From a virus (lineage: Duplodnaviria; Caudoviricetes), in the IMG/VR virus record IMGVR_UViG_3300016484_000734, positions 1-36,280 of that record: 36,280 nucleotides of DNA. One strand, written 5' to 3'. This document shows positions 33,944-36,280 of the stretch, piece after piece. A program made the position numbers and the translations under genes. A model generated the notes under the pieces. That model had not been told where the DNA came from. It made no database searches and saw nothing but the letters and a program-made list of their open reading frames with translations. How positions within the stretch are numbered: the stretch's first letter is position 1; every line of letters begins with the position of its first letter.

Positions 33944-34768
33944 ATGCCCCAGCGCATCCTTTTGCCCGGAATACGGGATTCAGCAACCCTCGACAAATGC
34001 ACCCCAGAGCAGGAGGCTCTATATTACCGCCTGCTTGTCTCCGTGGATGACTTTGGGCGCTTTGACGCACGCCCGGCCATCGTTCGCGGCACATGCCTCC
34101 CTCTCAAGGATTACACGCTGTCGCAAGTCGGCGACATGCTGTTTGGATTGCAGTCTCACGGCCTGATTGTGCTGTACAAAACTCCAACAGGAGAATACCT
34201 GCAAATGCGGAAATGGCGAAACGACCCACGCGCAAAAGAAAGCAAATTCCCAGGCCCGCCGGATGATTTTGACGGAATTAAAGCAGATTCCGACAAATGT
34301 TTGCAAATGTTTGCAGATGCCCCCGCCGTGCAAGCAAATTCTCCCGTTACCGTTACCGTTACCGATACCGATACCGATACCGATACCGATACGGCGCAAG
34401 CGCCAAAAGCGCGGCAAGCGCGCAAGTCTGTAGATTGGGAATCCGTTCTGGAAGCAAAGGGGGTTGAGCCACAGACCGCGCGAGACTGGCTGCAAGTCAG
34501 AAAAGCAAAACGCCTTCCGCTTACCGAAACTGGCCTGACGGGAATTGAGCGCGAAGCAGAAAAAGCGCGCCTGACTTTGGATTCCGCATTGAAAATCAGC
34601 GTTCGCCGTGGCTGGGCATCGTTTGACGCGGACTGGCTGCGCAACAACAACGGAGACATTAACGGATCACAGCACAAAAACAAACAGCAAATGCTTGAAG
34701 AGTCTAACCGGAAGATTGCTAAAAATTGGATTCCGCCAGAACTGAGAGGACAACATGAAACCAACTGA
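33944..34768 (+). CDS. Phage replication initiator/replisome organiser
   Basis: MPQRIL..GI.DS, LYYRLLVSVDDFGRFDAR, a low-complexity linker, and C-terminal DWLQVRKAKR.PLT.T...RGW.SF.ADW. Confidence 0.85.
   Translation: MPQRILLPGIRDSATLDKCTPEQEALYYRLLVSVDDFGRFDARPAIVRGTCLPLKDYTLSQVGDMLFGLQSHGLIVLYKTPTGEYLQMRKWRNDPRAKESKFPGPPDDFDGIKADSDKCLQMFADAPAVQANSPVTVTVTDTDTDTDTDTAQAPKARQARKSVDWESVLEAKGVEPQTARDWLQVRKAKRLPLTETGLTGIEREAEKARLTLDSALKISVRRGWASFDADWLRNNNGDINGSQHKNKQQMLEESNRKIAKNWIPPELRGQHETN
34294..34391 (+). repeat. Intragenic repeats, candidate origin
   Basis: CAAATGTTTG x2 plus CAGATG (34294-34319), then (CCGTTA)3(CCGATA)5 (34344-34391). Confidence 0.7.
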
Positions 34769-35396
34769 ATACGAAGCATTCCGTGCGCTTATTTCCGACG
34801 TTTACGCGTTTTACCGGCATGATGTCAGCGATTTTGCACTGTCCGTATGGTGGTCGGCAATGCGCCAGTACGACTTAAGAGCCGTAAACGAGGCGGTTGG
34901 ACGGCACGCAGTAAACCCTGATTCCGGGCAGTTTATGCCCAAGCCTGCCGACATCGTTAAAATGTTGGGAGGGACTACCAAAGATTCCGCCCTCGTCGCA
35001 TGGTCGAAGGTTGATAAGGCAATTCGTAATGTTGGGCCGTGGGAAGATGTGGCGTTCGACGATCCTCTGATTCACCGCGTGCTATACGATATGGGTGGCT
35101 GGATGATGTTGGGGCAAAATACGAGCGACGAAATTAAGTTCATCGCAAAAGAGTTCGAAGCGCGTTATCGCGGATTCAAAATGCGAAGCGAAAATCCAGA
35201 GTATCCTCCGGTGCTCATTGGCCTAGCGGGCGCATCAAATCGCAAGAACGGCAAGAGCGTTGCTCCACCCGTACTGATTGGCGACAAGGATGCCGCTGTG
35301 CGCGTAATTCAGTGCGGAGAAGAAAAGCCGCTGTTGCAAATCCACCGGGCTGGTTCTCTGGCTGAAAAAGAAGCCCTGCTATTGATTGCGCCATGA
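34755..35396 (+). CDS. DUF6475-like replication-associated protein
   Basis: FMPKPADI, AW.KV..AI..VG....V.FDDPLIH.V...MGGW and EF..RY. Follows the initiator gene. Confidence 0.8.
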   Translation: MKPTEYEAFRALISDVYAFYRHDVSDFALSVWWSAMRQYDLRAVNEAVGRHAVNPDSGQFMPKPADIVKMLGGTTKDSALVAWSKVDKAIRNVGPWEDVAFDDPLIHRVLYDMGGWMMLGQNTSDEIKFIAKEFEARYRGFKMRSENPEYPPVLIGLAGASNRKNGKSVAPPVLIGDKDAAVRVIQCGEEKPLLQIHRAGSLAEKEALLLIAP

Positions 35397-35608
35397 CCTG
35401 CCCGGAATGCGAAAAGGCCGCAACAGCCTACAACCCTGTTGGGGATTTTAAGTGCCTCGGTTGCTGTGCCAGAGCCGTAATCAGGGCGCGTCCAGGAGGC
35501 AAGGGGGCGCAAAGTGGGGTACTAGAGGTGATCCGGCGGGTTAAATCACCCCACAGCCGGGCCGATATTTTGAGCGAAGTGAAAAGGATAGGAGAAAATA
35601 CACCATGA
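35393..35608 (+). CDS. Small Cys-rich protein
   Basis: CPEC and CLGCCAR, with ATGA overlaps on both sides. Confidence 0.7.
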   Translation: MTCPECEKAATAYNPVGDFKCLGCCARAVIRARPGGKGAQSGVLEVIRRVKSPHSRADILSEVKRIGENTP

Positions 35609-36280
35609 GCAGAATAGAGCAAATCGGGAACGCCACCCTGTACCTTGGCGACTGCACTGAAATCCTGCCCACGCTGGGGCGGTTTGATGCAGTGATTGCA
35701 GATCCGCCTTATGGTAGGGTAAAAGGCGATTTTGACCACATATGGACAAACCGAGCCTCAATGTTAAAGGATGCACGCCAATGGCTGGCGGTTGTTGATA
35801 AAGCCATGAAGCCAAACGCCACTCTCTGGTGGTTCGCATGGCCTTCGCTGGCGGGGCGAATCGAGGCGATGATCTCAGAAAAACTAAACCCTCTCGCCCA
35901 TGTGGTATGGCAAAAGCCGTTTTCTACGGGGGAAAAATTCAAAAAAGAATCGCTGCGCGCGCCCGTGTCAACTACGGAACGAATTTTGATGTTTGAGCAC
36001 TACGGAGCCGACAGCATCGCACTTGGTGAATCAGGCTATCAGGCTAAGTGCGATGAGCTGCGCGGGTTTGTTTTTGAGCCCCTGCGCGCATACCTTGCGG
36101 ACGAATGGAAGAGGGCTGGGCTTACCGTAAAGGATGCCGGAGCGGCAACTGGCAGCCAACATATGCCCAGACACTGGTTTTCAAAATCGCAATGGGTACT
36201 ACCGACGGAGGAAAATTACAAGCGCCTACAGGATCGCGCCAATGGCGTCGCGAAAGGCGAGTACTTGCGCAGAGAGTATG
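35605..36280 (+). CDS. N-terminal part of the beta-class DNA methyltransferase, continuing at position 12
   Basis: GGAG RBS, MSRIEQIGNATLYLGDC...ADPPY. Open to the window end and absent from the ORF track because it has no stop. Confidence 0.9.
   Translation, partial: MSRIEQIGNATLYLGDCTEILPTLGRFDAVIADPPYGRVKGDFDHIWTNRASMLKDARQWLAVVDKAMKPNATLWWFAWPSLAGRIEAMISEKLNPLAHVVWQKPFSTGEKFKKESLRAPVSTTERILMFEHYGADSIALGESGYQAKCDELRGFVFEPLRAYLADEWKRAGLTVKDAGAATGSQHMPRHWFSKSQWVLPTEENYKRLQDRANGVAKGEYLRREY

Overview
The window looks like an essentially complete, circularly permuted ~36.3 kb tailed dsDNA phage genome with siphovirus-type morphogenesis genes and a probably proteobacterial host. An 11-nt terminal overlap (CAGAGAGTATG) joins the two halves of a DNA methyltransferase gene in frame. 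The + strand carries a tRNA/ncRNA locus, replication genes, a Nin-like accessory region, the terminases, a portal-gp7 fusion, protease, capsid, a tail module with a -1 frameshift chaperone and a DUF2460/DUF2163/NlpC tail tip, a fibre, a holin-like gene and an HNH gene. The - strand (24.2-33.1 kb) carries SSB, a Sak4-like ATPase, Gp157 and many small genes, several behind terminator+sigma70 promoter cassettes. I could not recognise an integrase, a CI-type repressor or a canonical endolysin. The most unusual observations are: (1) a promoter-driven ~700-nt non-coding locus containing a tRNA-like RNA whose anticodon loop is replaced by an extra hairpin, a ~300-nt multi-helix RNA with a possible pseudoknot, an atypical tRNA-Ser and a 23-bp hairpin burying the replication initiator RBS; (2) a mini-gene carrying a 48-codon copy of the terminase Walker-B region that differs only at synonymous sites; (3) an orphan HigA-like antitoxin domain; (4) duplicated regulatory cassettes and a shared promoter motif; (5) a palindromic repeat array inside a membrane-protein gene; (6) gene remnants that keep both ends but lack the middle. 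All family assignments come from motif recognition by eye, not from database searches.
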